Positions 1 through 10,439 are shown, counted from the stretch's first letter. The stretch is DNA of 64,000 nt from Sulfitobacter sp. (GCA_024636445.1 JAGXHE010000088.1:790-64789), one strand, 5' to 3'. Notes: generated from the letters alone by a model not told the origin. Made by a program: numbers and translations.

Positions 1-554
1 TGATCGCCTGCTTTCGCCTGCTGCCCCTGACCGGCAGCGAGATTTCAGGCAGCTATTCGGCGCAATATTATGATCTGGACGCGCTGGTCACGTTCGAGGG
101 CAAGATGGTCGAGATGGGCCGTTTCTGCGTGCATCCAGATGTGTCCGACCCCGACGTCTTGCGCGTGGCATGGGGTGCGATGACCGCCTATGTCGACCGC
201 GAGGGGATCGAGTTGCTGTTCGGGTGCTCGTCATTCACGGGCACGGACACGGCGGATTATCTCGATGCATTCGCGGTGCTCAGGCAGCGGCATCTGGCAC
301 CGAAACGCTGGTTGCCGGGGGTCAAGGCGCCCGATGTTTTCCACTTTGCCGACGGGGTGCGACGCAAGCCGGATCTGAAAAAGGCGATGCAATCCATGCC
401 GCCGCTGCTGAAAACCTATCTGCTGATGGGCGGCTGGGTCAGCGATCATGCGGTGATCGACCGGCAGATGAACACGCTGCACGTGTTCACCGGCGTTGAA
501 ATCGGTGCGATTCCCCCCGCGCGCAAGAAATTGCTGCGTGCCGTGGCTGGATAA
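1..554 (+). CDS. GNAT-type N-acyltransferase, OlsB/hemolysin-like (5' end outside window)
   Basis: The reading frame is open from the window edge in frame 3 (IACFRLLPLTGSEISGSYSAQYYDLDAL...) and joins track ORF 105..554. Motifs GRFCVHPD and LLFGCSSF resemble lyso-ornithine-lipid N-acyltransferases. Recognised from memory only. Confidence 0.55.
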   Translation, partial: IACFRLLPLTGSEISGSYSAQYYDLDALVTFEGKMVEMGRFCVHPDVSDPDVLRVAWGAMTAYVDREGIELLFGCSSFTGTDTADYLDAFAVLRQRHLAPKRWLPGVKAPDVFHFADGVRRKPDLKKAMQSMPPLLKTYLLMGGWVSDHAVIDRQMNTLHVFTGVEIGAIPPARKKLLRAVAG

Positions 555-665
555 TACCGTTGATCCTGCGGGTTCGCTGGCAAGATAAAGCTCAGGGTCG
601 ATATATTTTGCAGCCCGCGCGCGCAGCCCGTTGACCGCGACACGGCGCGGATATAGCTGGCTGCC

Positions 666-2477
666 ATGGCACGTATACCCCTTTTGCAACTGAATGAAAT
701 TTCTCTGACCTTCGGAGGCGATCCGGTGTTCGAGAACCTGTCGATGATTGTGCAACCCGGCGACCGCGTCGCATTGGTGGGGCGCAACGGGTCGGGTAAA
801 TCGACGCTGATGAAAGTCGCGGGTGGGTTGATCGAACCCGACAAGGGCGAGGTCACCGCAGGCCCCGGCGTAACGGTCGGCTACATGGAGCAGGACCCCG
901 ACCTGTCGGGCTATGCGACATTGGGCGATTTCGCATCCGCGAACCTGGACGAGGGTGAGATCTACAAGGTCGAGCGCGCGGGCGAGGGGCTGAAGTTTGA
1001 CCCTGCACGCCCGGTCGAGACCGCATCGGGCGGGGAGCGTCGCCGTGCAGCACTGGCCCGTCTGATGGCCGAAGAGCCGGAACTGATGCTGCTGGACGAG
1101 CCGACGAACCATCTGGACATCGAGGCGATCGGCTGGCTGGAAAACGAGCTGAAGCAGACCCGCGCCGGTTTCATGATCATCAGCCACGACCGCGCATTCC
1201 TGCGCGCACTGACGCGGGCAACCATGTGGATCGATCGGGGCGTGGTGCGCCGTCAGGAGAAGGGCTTTGGCCACTTCGAGGAATGGCGCGACAAGGTCTG
1301 GGAAGACGAGGACAGCCAGCGTCACAAGCTGAACCGCAAGATCAAGGCCGAAGGCCGCTGGGCCGTCGAAGGCATCAGCGCGCGGCGCAAACGCAATCAG
1401 GGCCGGGTGCGCGCTCTTGGCGAATTGCGCGCCGAACGGGCGGCACAGATCGGGCGGCAGGGCGCTGCGGCGATGGCACTGGATTCAGGTCCGAAATCGG
1501 GCCGCAAGGTGATCGAAGCGGAAGGCATTACAAAGGCTTACGGAGACAAGGTAATCCTGAATTCCTTTGACATAACCGTGATGCGCGGCGACCGCATCGC
1601 GCTGGTCGGGCCCAATGGCGTGGGCAAGACCACGCTGCTGAACATGATGATCGGCAAGGAAACACCAGACACCGGCACGATCAAACTGGGCACCAATCTT
1701 GAGATCGCTTTGTTCGATCAGGCCCGTGCGCAACTGGACCCCGACATGAGCCTGTGGGATTCGCTGACCGGCGATCCCGACATGCGTGTCAGCGGCAAGG
1801 CCGATCAGGTCATGGTGCGCGGCATGCCCAAACACGTGATCGGCTATCTCAAGGAGTTTCTCTTTGATGAGGCACAGGCGCGCGCACCCGTGCGTTCGCT
1901 GTCGGGCGGCGAGCGTGCGCGGTTGCTCTTGGCCAAGATCATGGCCAAGCCCAGCAACATGCTGGTGCTGGATGAGCCGACGAACGATCTGGACGTTGAA
2001 ACGCTGGATCTGTTGCAGGATCTTTTGGGCCAATACGACGGCACCGTGCTGCTGGTCAGCCACGACCGCGATTTTCTCGACCGTGTGGCGGTGACCACCA
2101 TTGCACTTGAGGGCAAGGGCAAGGCGACGGTCTATGCCGGTGGCTGGTCCGATTACATGGCGCAGCGCGATCAGGATGATTTCGCGGAAAGTGTCGTGAA
2201 ATCAAAGCAGTCGTCATCGCGCGATGGGTCTTCGGCGGCTCCGGCAAAGTCCGGTCTCAGCTTTACCGAAAAGCACCGTCTTGAGGTGCTGCCGCAGGAA
2301 ATCGCCCGGATCGAGGCCGAGATCACCAAGCTCGAAGAGCTGATGAGTGACCCCGAGCTGTTCACCCGCGAGCCGGTGAAGTTTCAAAAGGCGACAGACG
2401 CATTGGTCGCGCGGCATGAAAAGCTGCAAGAGGCCGAAGAAGAATGGCTGGCGCTGGAAGAAAAAGCCGGGGCTTAA
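666..2477 (+). CDS. uup: ABC-F family ATPase (Uup-like)
   Basis: 603 aa with two Walker A loops (GRNGSGKST, GPNGVGKTT) and two ABC signatures (SGGERRR, LSGGERAR). No TM segments and a C-terminal coiled-coil tail. Confidence 0.85.
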   Translation: MARIPLLQLNEISLTFGGDPVFENLSMIVQPGDRVALVGRNGSGKSTLMKVAGGLIEPDKGEVTAGPGVTVGYMEQDPDLSGYATLGDFASANLDEGEIYKVERAGEGLKFDPARPVETASGGERRRAALARLMAEEPELMLLDEPTNHLDIEAIGWLENELKQTRAGFMIISHDRAFLRALTRATMWIDRGVVRRQEKGFGHFEEWRDKVWEDEDSQRHKLNRKIKAEGRWAVEGISARRKRNQGRVRALGELRAERAAQIGRQGAAAMALDSGPKSGRKVIEAEGITKAYGDKVILNSFDITVMRGDRIALVGPNGVGKTTLLNMMIGKETPDTGTIKLGTNLEIALFDQARAQLDPDMSLWDSLTGDPDMRVSGKADQVMVRGMPKHVIGYLKEFLFDEAQARAPVRSLSGGERARLLLAKIMAKPSNMLVLDEPTNDLDVETLDLLQDLLGQYDGTVLLVSHDRDFLDRVAVTTIALEGKGKATVYAGGWSDYMAQRDQDDFAESVVKSKQSSSRDGSSAAPAKSGLSFTEKHRLEVLPQEIARIEAEITKLEELMSDPELFTREPVKFQKATDALVARHEKLQEAEEEWLALEEKAGA

Positions 2478-2582
2478 CGCGGTCTTGCCGGATTTCCGGT
2501 CACCGGTGCACCCGCTGCGACATTGCGGGTGACCACGCTGCCTGCACCGATCCAGACGTCTGAGACCCGAGGCCACGAGGCG

Positions 2583-3464
2583 TCAAGGGCCAAGCGCCAT
2601 GACCGCACGATCGAGCCGCGCAATCCGTCGCATCGGGCTGAGCGGTGCCCAATGCAGCCAGGTGCCGCCCAATGGCATCACATCCGCCCCCGCGCCCAAT
2701 TTAAATCGGGCCAGACCGGGATTAGATATGGTGTTGATCAGCCCCAGGTCCAGCCAGCGGTGGCCCTGTTGCGCGCACCAGCACATCGCCGTCCACATCA
2801 GCAGCGTGTGCGCCGAGGCCGCGCGCCCCGCGTCGGTGGTGTGGCCGATGTGATAGGTGGCCGTATCGCCGTGTCGCAAGATCAGCAGCGCGGCGACGGG
2901 TGTGGTGCCCGCAAACGCCTCGAACAGCATCGCGGCACGGGGTGTTGTCGCTGCAAATGCGAGCGTCAGCGGCACCGGCCATGAGCGATAGCCGCGCCTG
3001 CGTTGCTGGGTCTGATCCGCACGCAGCAGCCAGTGATCCGCGCGCCGTGGCAGGGCGTGACAAAGCATGCGCAGGCCCGATTTTTCACCATGTTTCAGAC
3101 GATTGCGCCATTTTCCATGCAGCGCTGCGCGCATCGCGTCCGTGTCGTTTTGCAACCTGATCACCGCCTGATGCGGGGGGCTGATCAGCGGCAGCGCGCC
3201 CTGTGCGGTCAGATCAACCGGCGCGCGCGGCGAGAGGATCAGCGGGGCCTGCGTGATCTTGCGCGCCAGTTCCAGCGTGGCGGCGGGATCATCCATCTGT
3301 GCGCGCGGCAGCATCGCAACAGGCAGACCGCCGATCCTGCGCCGCAGCATCAACGTGCCGCAGTCCAGCCGCACGGGCGTCCTGCCACAGGCGCGCAACG
3401 CGGCCTCGAATCCGGCGCTTTGCATCAGCGGTGTCGGCGAAAGATCTGAACTGAAATCAAACAT
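2583..3464 (-). CDS. FemAB/BioF2-like GNAT family acyltransferase
   Basis: Track ORF 2583..3551 trimmed to Met30 (MFDFSS). The upstream extension runs to the edge of the hairpin at 3559..3588. The C-terminal half (YHIGHTTDAGRAASAHTLLMW...LDLGL) looks like the GNAT/FemAB fold. Confidence 0.55.
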   Translation of the reverse strand: MFDFSSDLSPTPLMQSAGFEAALRACGRTPVRLDCGTLMLRRRIGGLPVAMLPRAQMDDPAATLELARKITQAPLILSPRAPVDLTAQGALPLISPPHQAVIRLQNDTDAMRAALHGKWRNRLKHGEKSGLRMLCHALPRRADHWLLRADQTQQRRRGYRSWPVPLTLAFAATTPRAAMLFEAFAGTTPVAALLILRHGDTATYHIGHTTDAGRAASAHTLLMWTAMCWCAQQGHRWLDLGLINTISNPGLARFKLGAGADVMPLGGTWLHWAPLSPMRRIARLDRAVMALGP

Positions 3465-3558
3465 GCCGCCATTAACCGCAGCGCAACTTAAAGCGTGATT
3501 AATGGCGGCATGAAAAATGCAATTTACGGAATCACCATCCCAGCCCCGCACATGACAC

Positions 3559-3588
3559 GGACCGCAGCCGTGGTGGTGGCTGCGGTCC
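3559..3588 (-). terminator. Perfect 11-bp GC hairpin downstream of tyrS (no U-tract)
   Basis: GGACCGCAGCC-gtggtggt-GGCTGCGGTCC lies 50 nt after the tyrS stop. There is no T-run, so a role as an intrinsic terminator is uncertain. Confidence 0.3.
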
Positions 3589-3637
3589 TGTCGATCCCGA
3601 CTTATGTCATCCTGACCATGCTGGAGGCGCTTATGTT

Positions 3638-4888
3638 CTAGCCCAGTTGCACCAGCGCATGACGTTTCTTGCCGGCACTCAGCTTGATCGGTGTGGCCAG
3701 CGCCTCTGCGTCTATCATCAGCCCTGCATCGGTCAGCGGTGCGTCGTTCAGGCGTGCGCCGTTTTCGGAGATCAGGCGCTTGGCCTCTTTGCCGGACCCT
3801 GCGAGGCCCGATTTGACGATCAGTTGCACGATGGACATGCCGTCGCCCAGTTCTTCTGGCGACAGGGTCAGCGTTGGCAGGTCGTCGCCCACGCCGCCCT
3901 TTTCAAAGACCTCGTGCGCGGTGTCTGCGGCCGCTTTGGCGGCGTCGGCCCCATGCAGCATTGTGGTGACTTCGGTCGCCAGCAGCGCCTTGGCTGCGTT
4001 GATCTCGGCCCCTTCGAGCGCGCCCAGACGGTCGCATTCCTCGACCGGCAGTTCGGTATAGAGCTTGAGGAACCGGCCCACGTCGGCGTCGGTGGTGTTG
4101 CGCCAGAATTGCCAGAACGCGTAGGGAGACAGCATATCGCCGTTCAGCCAGACCGCGCCGCCTGCCGTCTTGCCCATCTTCTTGCCGTCGCTGGTGGTCA
4201 GCAGCGGCGAGGTCAGACCGTAGACTTCACCGTCGATGACGCGGCGGGTCAGGTCGATGCCGTTGACGATATTGCCCCACTGGTCGCTGCCGCCCATCTG
4301 AAGGATACAGCCATATCGGCGGTGAAGCTCCATGAAATCATAGGCTTGCAGGATCATGTAGTTAAACTCAAGAAACGACAATGACTGCTCGCGGTCCAGC
4401 CGCGACTTGACGCTTTCAAACGACAACATCCGGTTGATCGAAAAATGCCGCCCGATGTCGCGCAGGAAATCAAGGTAGTTCAGCCCGTCCAGCCATTCGG
4501 CGTTGTTCAGCATCATTGCGGCATTATCACCGCCATCATAGTCGATGTAGGCCGCGAAAACCTCGCGGATGCCTGCGATGTTGTCGTCGATCTGCTCTGG
4601 TCCCAGCAGGGGGCGCTCATCGGCGCGAAACGATGGATCGCCGACTTTGGTCGTCCCGCCACCCATCAGGGTGATCGGCTGGTGGCCCGTCTTCTGGAAC
4701 CAGCGCAGCATCATGATCTGGATCAGCGAGCCTACGTGCAGCGACTTGGCTGTCGCGTCGAACCCGATATAGGCGGCACAGGTTCCGTTCATCAGGGCAT
4801 CGTCGAGGCCCTGATAGTCGGTGCAATCGGCGACAAAGCCGCGCTGTTGCATGACGTTGAGAAATTCGGAACGGGGTTTGTACGACAT
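3638..4888 (-). CDS. tyrS: Tyrosine--tRNA ligase
   Basis: 416 aa with a HIGH-type motif (LHVGSL), a KMSKS-type motif (KMGKT) and a C-terminal S4-like domain. Confidence 0.96.
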   Translation of the reverse strand: MSYKPRSEFLNVMQQRGFVADCTDYQGLDDALMNGTCAAYIGFDATAKSLHVGSLIQIMMLRWFQKTGHQPITLMGGGTTKVGDPSFRADERPLLGPEQIDDNIAGIREVFAAYIDYDGGDNAAMMLNNAEWLDGLNYLDFLRDIGRHFSINRMLSFESVKSRLDREQSLSFLEFNYMILQAYDFMELHRRYGCILQMGGSDQWGNIVNGIDLTRRVIDGEVYGLTSPLLTTSDGKKMGKTAGGAVWLNGDMLSPYAFWQFWRNTTDADVGRFLKLYTELPVEECDRLGALEGAEINAAKALLATEVTTMLHGADAAKAAADTAHEVFEKGGVGDDLPTLTLSPEELGDGMSIVQLIVKSGLAGSGKEAKRLISENGARLNDAPLTDAGLMIDAEALATPIKLSAGKKRHALVQLG

Positions 4889-4954
4889 GTGACTTGTCCT
4901 ATGACATCTGTGCGGGGCACTCTATAGGGGCCTAAAGGGCAAAGGAAAAGACCG

Positions 4955-6061
4955 ATGAACAAGGTCAGGCAGGCAGGCGTGCCGATAAGGGCACTGGGCG
5001 CGATGAGCGGGACGTCACTGGACGGGGTCGATGCGGCGGTGATCGAGACCGATGGCGTGCGCATCGTGGGCTTTGGGGACAGCGGCTACCGGCCTTATAC
5101 GGATGCGGAACAGCGGGTGATTGCAGCCGCGTTGGGGCTGTGGTCAGGGCCCGAGGTCGAGGCCGCGACGAAGGTGATTCAGGACGCGCATGTTCAGGCG
5201 CTGGCTGCGTTTCGCGATGTCGATCTGGTGGGGTTTCACGGCCAGACACTGGCCCATGCGCCACGCACGCGCGGGACGTTGCAAGTGGGCGATGGCGGTG
5301 CGCTGGCGCAGGCACTGGGGCTGCCGGTGGTCTGGGATTTTCGCAGCGCCGACGTGGCAATGGGCGGCGAGGGCGCGCCGCTGGCGCCGTTCTTCCACTT
5401 TGCCTGCGCCAAATACCTCAAGCGCGATGCACCCGTGGCATTCCTGAACCTTGGCGGCGTCGGCAACATCAGCTTTGTCGATCCGCGCTTTGACAAACCG
5501 GACGCGCCGGGGGCTTTGCTGGCCTTTGACACTGGCCCCGCCAACGCGCCGCTGAACGATCTGATGCAGGCGCGCTTGGGTCTGTCCTATGACCAAGACG
5601 GCAAAGTTGCGCGCAAGGGTGATGTGGCCACGGGCGCGCTCGAGCTGTATCTGGCCGAGCCATATTTCGCACGTATCCCGCCCAAGTCTCTGGACCGTAA
5701 TGATTTTTCCGAGATGATCGCACTTGTGGGCGAGCTTTCGGATGCCGATGCAGCCGCGACCCTGACCGCGATGGCCGCTGCCGGTGTGGCCGAGGCGATG
5801 CAGCATTGTCCCGAAGCACCGAGCGAGGTGCTGGTGACGGGCGGTGGGCGCAAGAACCCGGTGCTGATGCAGATGCTGTCGGTCTCGCTGGATTGTCCGG
5901 TGCGTCCGGTCGAGGATGTGGGGCTGGACGGCGATATGCTGGAAGCGCAGGCGTTCGCCTATCTTGCGGTGCGCGTGGCGCGGCGGTTGCCGACATCGTG
6001 CCCCGGAACCACCGGCGTGCGCGCGGCTGTGGCGGGCGGCACGCTGAGCTTTCCGGGTTAG
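4955..6061 (+). CDS. anmK: Anhydro-N-acetylmuramic acid kinase
   Basis: 368 aa. The N-terminal [14 protein letters not shown] motif is typical of AnmK. Confidence 0.92.
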   Translation: MNKVRQAGVPIRALGAMSGTSLDGVDAAVIETDGVRIVGFGDSGYRPYTDAEQRVIAAALGLWSGPEVEAATKVIQDAHVQALAAFRDVDLVGFHGQTLAHAPRTRGTLQVGDGGALAQALGLPVVWDFRSADVAMGGEGAPLAPFFHFACAKYLKRDAPVAFLNLGGVGNISFVDPRFDKPDAPGALLAFDTGPANAPLNDLMQARLGLSYDQDGKVARKGDVATGALELYLAEPYFARIPPKSLDRNDFSEMIALVGELSDADAAATLTAMAAAGVAEAMQHCPEAPSEVLVTGGGRKNPVLMQMLSVSLDCPVRPVEDVGLDGDMLEAQAFAYLAVRVARRLPTSCPGTTGVRAAVAGGTLSFPG

Positions 6062-6492
6062 TCTGCGTCCGGGATGTCGAAACCGGGCGGGGCAAGGGTG
6101 AACCCGTTGAATTGAAACCCCGGCGAGACGGTGCAGGACACCAGGGTATGCCCGCCTGTGCTGCGCGCCGATTGCCAGTGATCTTTCGGCACGATCACCT
6201 GCGGCGCACCTGCGTTCAGATCAGGCGTCAGCAGATGGGTCACGGCGGGGCCTGCGTCGGTGGCCGACAGGCGCAATTCCAGCGGCGCGCCTGCGTGGTA
6301 GAGCCAGATCTCGGTGGCATCACAGCGGTGCCAATGGCTGGTCTCGCCCGCTTGCAGCAGGAAATAGATGCAGGTGCCGCTGGGTCTGCCTGCAGGGCTG
6401 CCGGGATCATCGGCCACCCAAGTCTGGCGGTAATGACCGCCCTCGGGGTGAGGTTCAAGGTTCAGGCGGGTGATGATCTCTTGCGGTGTCAT
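6058..6492 (-). CDS. Cupin domain protein (DUF985 type)
   Basis: 144 aa. [14 protein letters not shown] and the following beta-rich sequence are typical of the DUF985 cupin family. Its stop overlaps the anmK stop by 4 nt (convergent). Confidence 0.75.
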   Translation of the reverse strand: MTPQEIITRLNLEPHPEGGHYRQTWVADDPGSPAGRPSGTCIYFLLQAGETSHWHRCDATEIWLYHAGAPLELRLSATDAGPAVTHLLTPDLNAGAPQVIVPKDHWQSARSTGGHTLVSCTVSPGFQFNGFTLAPPGFDIPDAD

Positions 6493-6537
6493 GTCCGATC
6501 TTTAGGGTGCAAAGCGAACAAGGCCAAGAGGTTTGCG

Positions 6538-7623
6538 ATGAAGGTTGTGGTTGTAGGCGCGGGTGTCATCGGCGCGTCGGTTGCCTGTCAGTTGGCACGT
6601 GGCGGCGCGCAAGTGACGGTGATCGACGCCGCAGGTGTGGCTGCGGGGGCGACGGGGCGGTCCTTTGGCTGGATCAACGCCAGTTTTCACGCGGATGCGG
6701 CGCATTACCGGCTGCGGGCGGAAAGCATGGCGGCCTATCACCGGCTGGCAGAGCAGATGGATCTGGCTCCGGTGCGCTGGACGGGGTGTTTGTGCTGGGA
6801 GGAAACGGGTGCCGCGCTGGACAGGCAGGCGGCGGATTTGCAGGCTCTGGGCTACGGCGTGGAAATCATCGACCGCGTGGAATTTGCCGCGCGCGAGCCG
6901 CATGTGGCCGACCCGCCGGAGCGTGCCCTGGCCTTTGCCGCCGAAGGGGTCGCGGAGACCGCACCGCTGGCACAGGCGCTGATCGACGCGGCAACGGGAC
7001 TGGGCGCGCGGTTGGTGTTGGGCGTACACGCGCTGGGGATCGAGACGCGCGGCGATACGGTCAGCGGTGTACGCATTGCCCAAGGGGTGATTCCCGCCGA
7101 CCGCGTCGTGATATGCGGCGGCACCGGCAGCGTCGGGCTGCTGGATGGGGTCGGGGTCGCGCTGCCGATGTTGCAGCGCCCCGGTCTGCTGTTGCGCAGC
7201 GCGCCGGTGGCACCGGTGCTGTCGCACGTGATGGTCGCGCCCGGACAGGAGTTTCGCCAGGACCCGACGGGGCGCATCATCGCGCCAACGTCGCCCAACC
7301 ACCAGTCCGACAGCACCGAGCATGTGACCGAGCGGCCCGATCTGCTGGCCGATACCGCGATGGCGCGGTTGCAGGTGATGCTGCCCGAGGTCGCCTTGCG
7401 CTGGGAACAGGTGAGCCAGGCGATGCGTCCCGTACCGCAAGACGGGCTTCCGGTCCTGGGGCCTTGCGGGCCGCAGGGGCTGCATATGGCGGTGATGCAT
7501 TCGGGGATCACGCTGGCCCCGCTGGCGGGCGAGCTGGTGGCGGCGGGCGTATTGGATCAGCCGTTGAGCAACCACCAGAGTGATATGATAGCGCCCTATG
7601 CGCCGCAGCGCTTTCAACGATAG
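6538..7623 (+). CDS. FAD-dependent oxidoreductase (DAO/D-amino-acid dehydrogenase family)
   Basis: An internal ATG in track ORF 5806..7623 gives MKVVVVGAGVIGASVACQLARGGAQVTVID (GxGxxG Rossmann start). The upstream part of the ORF is antisense to the cupin gene. Confidence 0.8.
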   Translation: MKVVVVGAGVIGASVACQLARGGAQVTVIDAAGVAAGATGRSFGWINASFHADAAHYRLRAESMAAYHRLAEQMDLAPVRWTGCLCWEETGAALDRQAADLQALGYGVEIIDRVEFAAREPHVADPPERALAFAAEGVAETAPLAQALIDAATGLGARLVLGVHALGIETRGDTVSGVRIAQGVIPADRVVICGGTGSVGLLDGVGVALPMLQRPGLLLRSAPVAPVLSHVMVAPGQEFRQDPTGRIIAPTSPNHQSDSTEHVTERPDLLADTAMARLQVMLPEVALRWEQVSQAMRPVPQDGLPVLGPCGPQGLHMAVMHSGITLAPLAGELVAAGVLDQPLSNHQSDMIAPYAPQRFQR

Positions 7624-7624
7624 G

Positions 7625-7659
7625 TTGGTCATATCTTTGACCAAATGCTATGGTCAAAG
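7625..7659. repeat. Three alternating copies of TGGTCA(AA) / TTTGACCA just after the oxidoreductase stop
   Basis: TTGGTCA-tatct-TTGACCAA-atgcta-TGGTCAAAG. The last two copies form a 9-bp inverted repeat with a 7-nt spacer. Confidence 0.5.
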
Positions 7660-7862
7660 CCAAATTTGTCTGTGATATCAGGCGGACAGAGCAGCCAGAT
7701 TGAGCGCCGACCTTTGAACGGCGTGCGACGCATTTTTTGCGGGAAAATCAACTTAGCCACTCAGTTCTAGGCTGTGAATTTCAGTGCCCTGACTACCTTT
7801 GGAACAGCTCAGACGGTCTGGCCAATTCACTTATTATTGTGCGGAAACCGCGAATTCAGAAT

Positions 7863-9644
7863 GTGGAAATCGGTATTTTTAGCATAGTATCTCAATGCCT
7901 TGAGCCTGCATTAAGCTTGCCCTCGGTGCAGTTGGCTTGCGCAACGGCGGTGGTCGTGTGCGCGGTGATCATCTGGGCGCGTTCTCACAATGGGTTGCCG
8001 GGGCACAAGTGGTTCATCCTGACCAATTTCGGCATGTTGTGGTGGCTGGTGTGCATCGGAATGGAGCTGTCTGGCCCCACCGAAGCGTGCAAGGTGCTCT
8101 GGGCCAAGCTGGCCTGGCCGGGCATCGTGCTGGTGCCGACGGTCTGGGCGTTCTTTCTTTACGAATACGCGTTGACTAGAACGGTCGGGCGCGCGGCGGC
8201 CTTGCTGGGCACGTTGATCCATCCCGCGTTCATCTTGCTGGTGGCGTTGACCAATCCGTTTCATGGGCTGATGTATGGCACTGAAACGCAGTTGGTGGTC
8301 GAAGGTGGCACCGCCTACGTCGACTATGACCACGGCCCGGTTTTCTATGTCGCGGTGCTTTATCTGTACCTGATCATTCTGGCCAGCTGCGTCATATCGG
8401 GCCGTGCGGTCCGGGCCGCCAACCCGGCGATCAAAGGATTCTTCCTGCGGATTTTCTTTGTCACCGCGATCCCGATCATCTTCAGCATCTCGTACAACTT
8501 TTTTGGCTTTCGTGTCTTTGGTGTGGACCCGACGCCATTCTCCTTTGCCTTTTCGATCAGCATGGTGTCTTGGATCATCCTCGACAACCGCTGGGTCGAC
8601 GTAAAGGCGATTGCCCGCGATATGCTATTCTACAACTCGCGAGAGTTGATCTTTGTCGTCGATGCCGAGGGGGCGCTGCTGGAAACCAACCAATCGGCTC
8701 AGCAGCTGATGCAGGATCAGGGCACTCCAAAGGACGCGCTGACCGAAATCGACGGATTGGGGCAGGTGTTCATCCATCTGATCGAACATCAGGAGCTGCC
8801 GGACACACTGGAAGTGGAAAACGGCGGGCGGCATTTCGTACCGCGTGCCTATCAGATTTCGCTGGGCAAGGGGCAGAGGTTGCTGGGCTGGGCGGTTTCC
8901 TTTTTCGACGTCACGGTTCAGAAAATCGCGGCAGAACGGGCGATTACATCCGAGCGTTTGCAGTCGCAGTTTCTATCGACCGTCAGTCACGAATTGCGCA
9001 CGCCGCTGACGGTGATCAACGGATCGCTGCAACTCTTGACGATGAACCGCGCGAACACCTCGCAAGAACAGGCTGACCGTCTGCTTGAGCTTGCGACCAA
9101 GAACGCAACCTCATTGGCCAAGCTGGTCAACGATCTGCTGGAAACGCAAAGACTGGACAGTTCTGATTTCAAGCTGGCCTTTGCGCGCTGTAATCTGGAA
9201 AAAATCGTGGAAAATGCCATCGAAAGCATGGAAACTTACTTGCCTGAAAAGCGCATCAGGATCTTCTACAAACGCGCGCTTGGAGAGGTTCTGGTTTGGG
9301 CTGATGCGGACAGGCTGGGTCAGGTGATCGTGAATATCCTGTCGAATGCGATGAAGTTTTCCCAGCCCGGTGCGCGGGTCGATGTGAAGCTGGATGCCGC
9401 GGGCAGCAGGGCCCATGTCCATGTGACGGATACCGGTCTTGGCATTCCGCAGGGCGCAGAGGAAACGGTGTTTGGCCGGTTCACCCAGGTCGATGGTTCG
9501 GACACCAAAAAGAACTACGGCAGCGGTCTGGGGATGCATATATCCAGGCAGCTGATGGAACGGCACGGGGGCAGCATCCACTATGTCAGTTCGCCGGGCG
9601 AGGGGTCCACGTTCACGATGACGATCCCGGTCCATCGCGCGTAA
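7863..9644 (+). CDS. Sensor histidine kinase with N-terminal 7TM (HisKA_7TM-like) domain, PAS-like linker, HisKA and HATPase_c
   Basis: Several N-terminal TM helices (up to seven, judged by eye), then H-box SHELRTPL, N-box ILSNAMKFS and G-boxes DTGLGI and GSGLGM. The start is uncertain: GTG 7863 is chosen, the track uses TTG 7737. No response regulator is adjacent. Confidence 0.8.
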   Translation: MEIGIFSIVSQCLEPALSLPSVQLACATAVVVCAVIIWARSHNGLPGHKWFILTNFGMLWWLVCIGMELSGPTEACKVLWAKLAWPGIVLVPTVWAFFLYEYALTRTVGRAAALLGTLIHPAFILLVALTNPFHGLMYGTETQLVVEGGTAYVDYDHGPVFYVAVLYLYLIILASCVISGRAVRAANPAIKGFFLRIFFVTAIPIIFSISYNFFGFRVFGVDPTPFSFAFSISMVSWIILDNRWVDVKAIARDMLFYNSRELIFVVDAEGALLETNQSAQQLMQDQGTPKDALTEIDGLGQVFIHLIEHQELPDTLEVENGGRHFVPRAYQISLGKGQRLLGWAVSFFDVTVQKIAAERAITSERLQSQFLSTVSHELRTPLTVINGSLQLLTMNRANTSQEQADRLLELATKNATSLAKLVNDLLETQRLDSSDFKLAFARCNLEKIVENAIESMETYLPEKRIRIFYKRALGEVLVWADADRLGQVIVNILSNAMKFSQPGARVDVKLDAAGSRAHVHVTDTGLGIPQGAEETVFGRFTQVDGSDTKKNYGSGLGMHISRQLMERHGGSIHYVSSPGEGSTFTMTIPVHRA

Positions 9645-9827
9645 ACAGGACTGAAACGGCAGAAATGCTGCGACTGCGAGTTGCTTTCAACAGTTTGTTT
9701 ACATCTTGAGATTGAAACTTTCCGGTTGGAACTTTCGTGTCTAATGATGTGGAACAGCCTGATACCAGGCGTCATTCCGACACCTCGCGGGCGTGCTCCA
9801 TACCAACCTTGGAGGAGGAAACACGTT

Positions 9828-10439
9828 ATGAAAGGCATTACAAAAACTCTCGCAGGCACTGCGGCTGCCATCATGCTCGCAAGCACGAGCGCTCAGGCCC
9901 TTGATATCGGGATCGGCGGAGGACACGGCATTTCGGCAGATGTCGGCGTCAGCATCGGAGGGGGTTCAGGTGTGTCCGCAGATGTAAGCGCCAATGTCGG
10001 CGGCTCGGATGGCTTGGGGGCGGACGTCAATGCGTCGGTCGGAGGGTCTCACGGTGTGAACGCTGACGTAGGTGTCAACAGCGGTAGCAATGATGTCGGT
10101 GGCACCACCACAAGCCCCAACGTCGGCACGCCAACGTCCGCCACGACGCAAAGCAGGCAGATGACCAGTCGCAGTCCGGCCACGACCAGCATCAGCAAGG
10201 TCAAGCTGACCGATATGCTGGGCGCTACCGTGCTGACCTCGGACCGTAAAGTGGTGGGAATGGTCGAAAACGTGTCGGAGGGGCCAAACGGCACCGTTGA
10301 TAGCGTCATCCGCATGAACGTCGCCTTTGGGGCAGAGCGTCCGACCTTGCGGCTGCGCACCGAACGGCCGACGCGTGACACTGGCAAGTTGCAACTGGGG
10401 TATACGCGTGCCCGGCTGTTGTCGCAGATCAAAGGGTGA
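9828..10439 (+). CDS. Secreted protein with glycine-rich 14-residue repeats and PRC-barrel-like C-terminus
   Basis: ATG 9828 is preceded by GGAGGAGG. It has a signal peptide ending AQA-LD, four repeats of GGxxG[IVL]xADVxxx[IVS], a Thr/Ser linker and a C-terminal LGATVLTSDRKVVGMVENV... PRC-barrel-like segment. Confidence 0.7.
   Translation: MKGITKTLAGTAAAIMLASTSAQALDIGIGGGHGISADVGVSIGGGSGVSADVSANVGGSDGLGADVNASVGGSHGVNADVGVNSGSNDVGGTTTSPNVGTPTSATTQSRQMTSRSPATTSISKVKLTDMLGATVLTSDRKVVGMVENVSEGPNGTVDSVIRMNVAFGAERPTLRLRTERPTRDTGKLQLGYTRARLLSQIKG
9912..10079 (+). repeat. Four tandem 42-nt (14-aa) coding repeats
   Basis: IGGGHGISADVGVS / IGGGSGVSADVSAN / VGGSDGLGADVNAS / VGGSHGVNADVGVN. Confidence 0.85.

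Noticed and set aside
231-1325. 364-aa minus-strand ORF
   Set aside because: It is entirely antisense to the olsB-like and uup genes. It is Arg/Ala/His-rich with no recognisable motifs, which is typical of shadow ORFs in GC-rich DNA.
2498-2534. Possible terminator hairpins between the convergent uup and GNAT genes
   Set aside because: The alternative stems (GGTCACC/GGTGACC and CACCCGC/GCGGGTG) are mutually exclusive and short, and there is no T-run.
5806-6537. N-terminal 244 codons of the 605-aa plus-strand ORF
   Set aside because: This part overlaps the end of anmK and is antisense to the cupin gene. The recognisable FAD-binding start (MKVVVVGAGVIG) is at 6538.
9751-9773. GGAAC-N14-CGTC, and the nearby direct repeat GAAACTTTC/GGAACTTTC (9714..9736), upstream of the secreted repeat protein
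   Set aside because: The spacer length and -10 element are wrong for sigma-EcfG. The direct repeat is short and could be chance.
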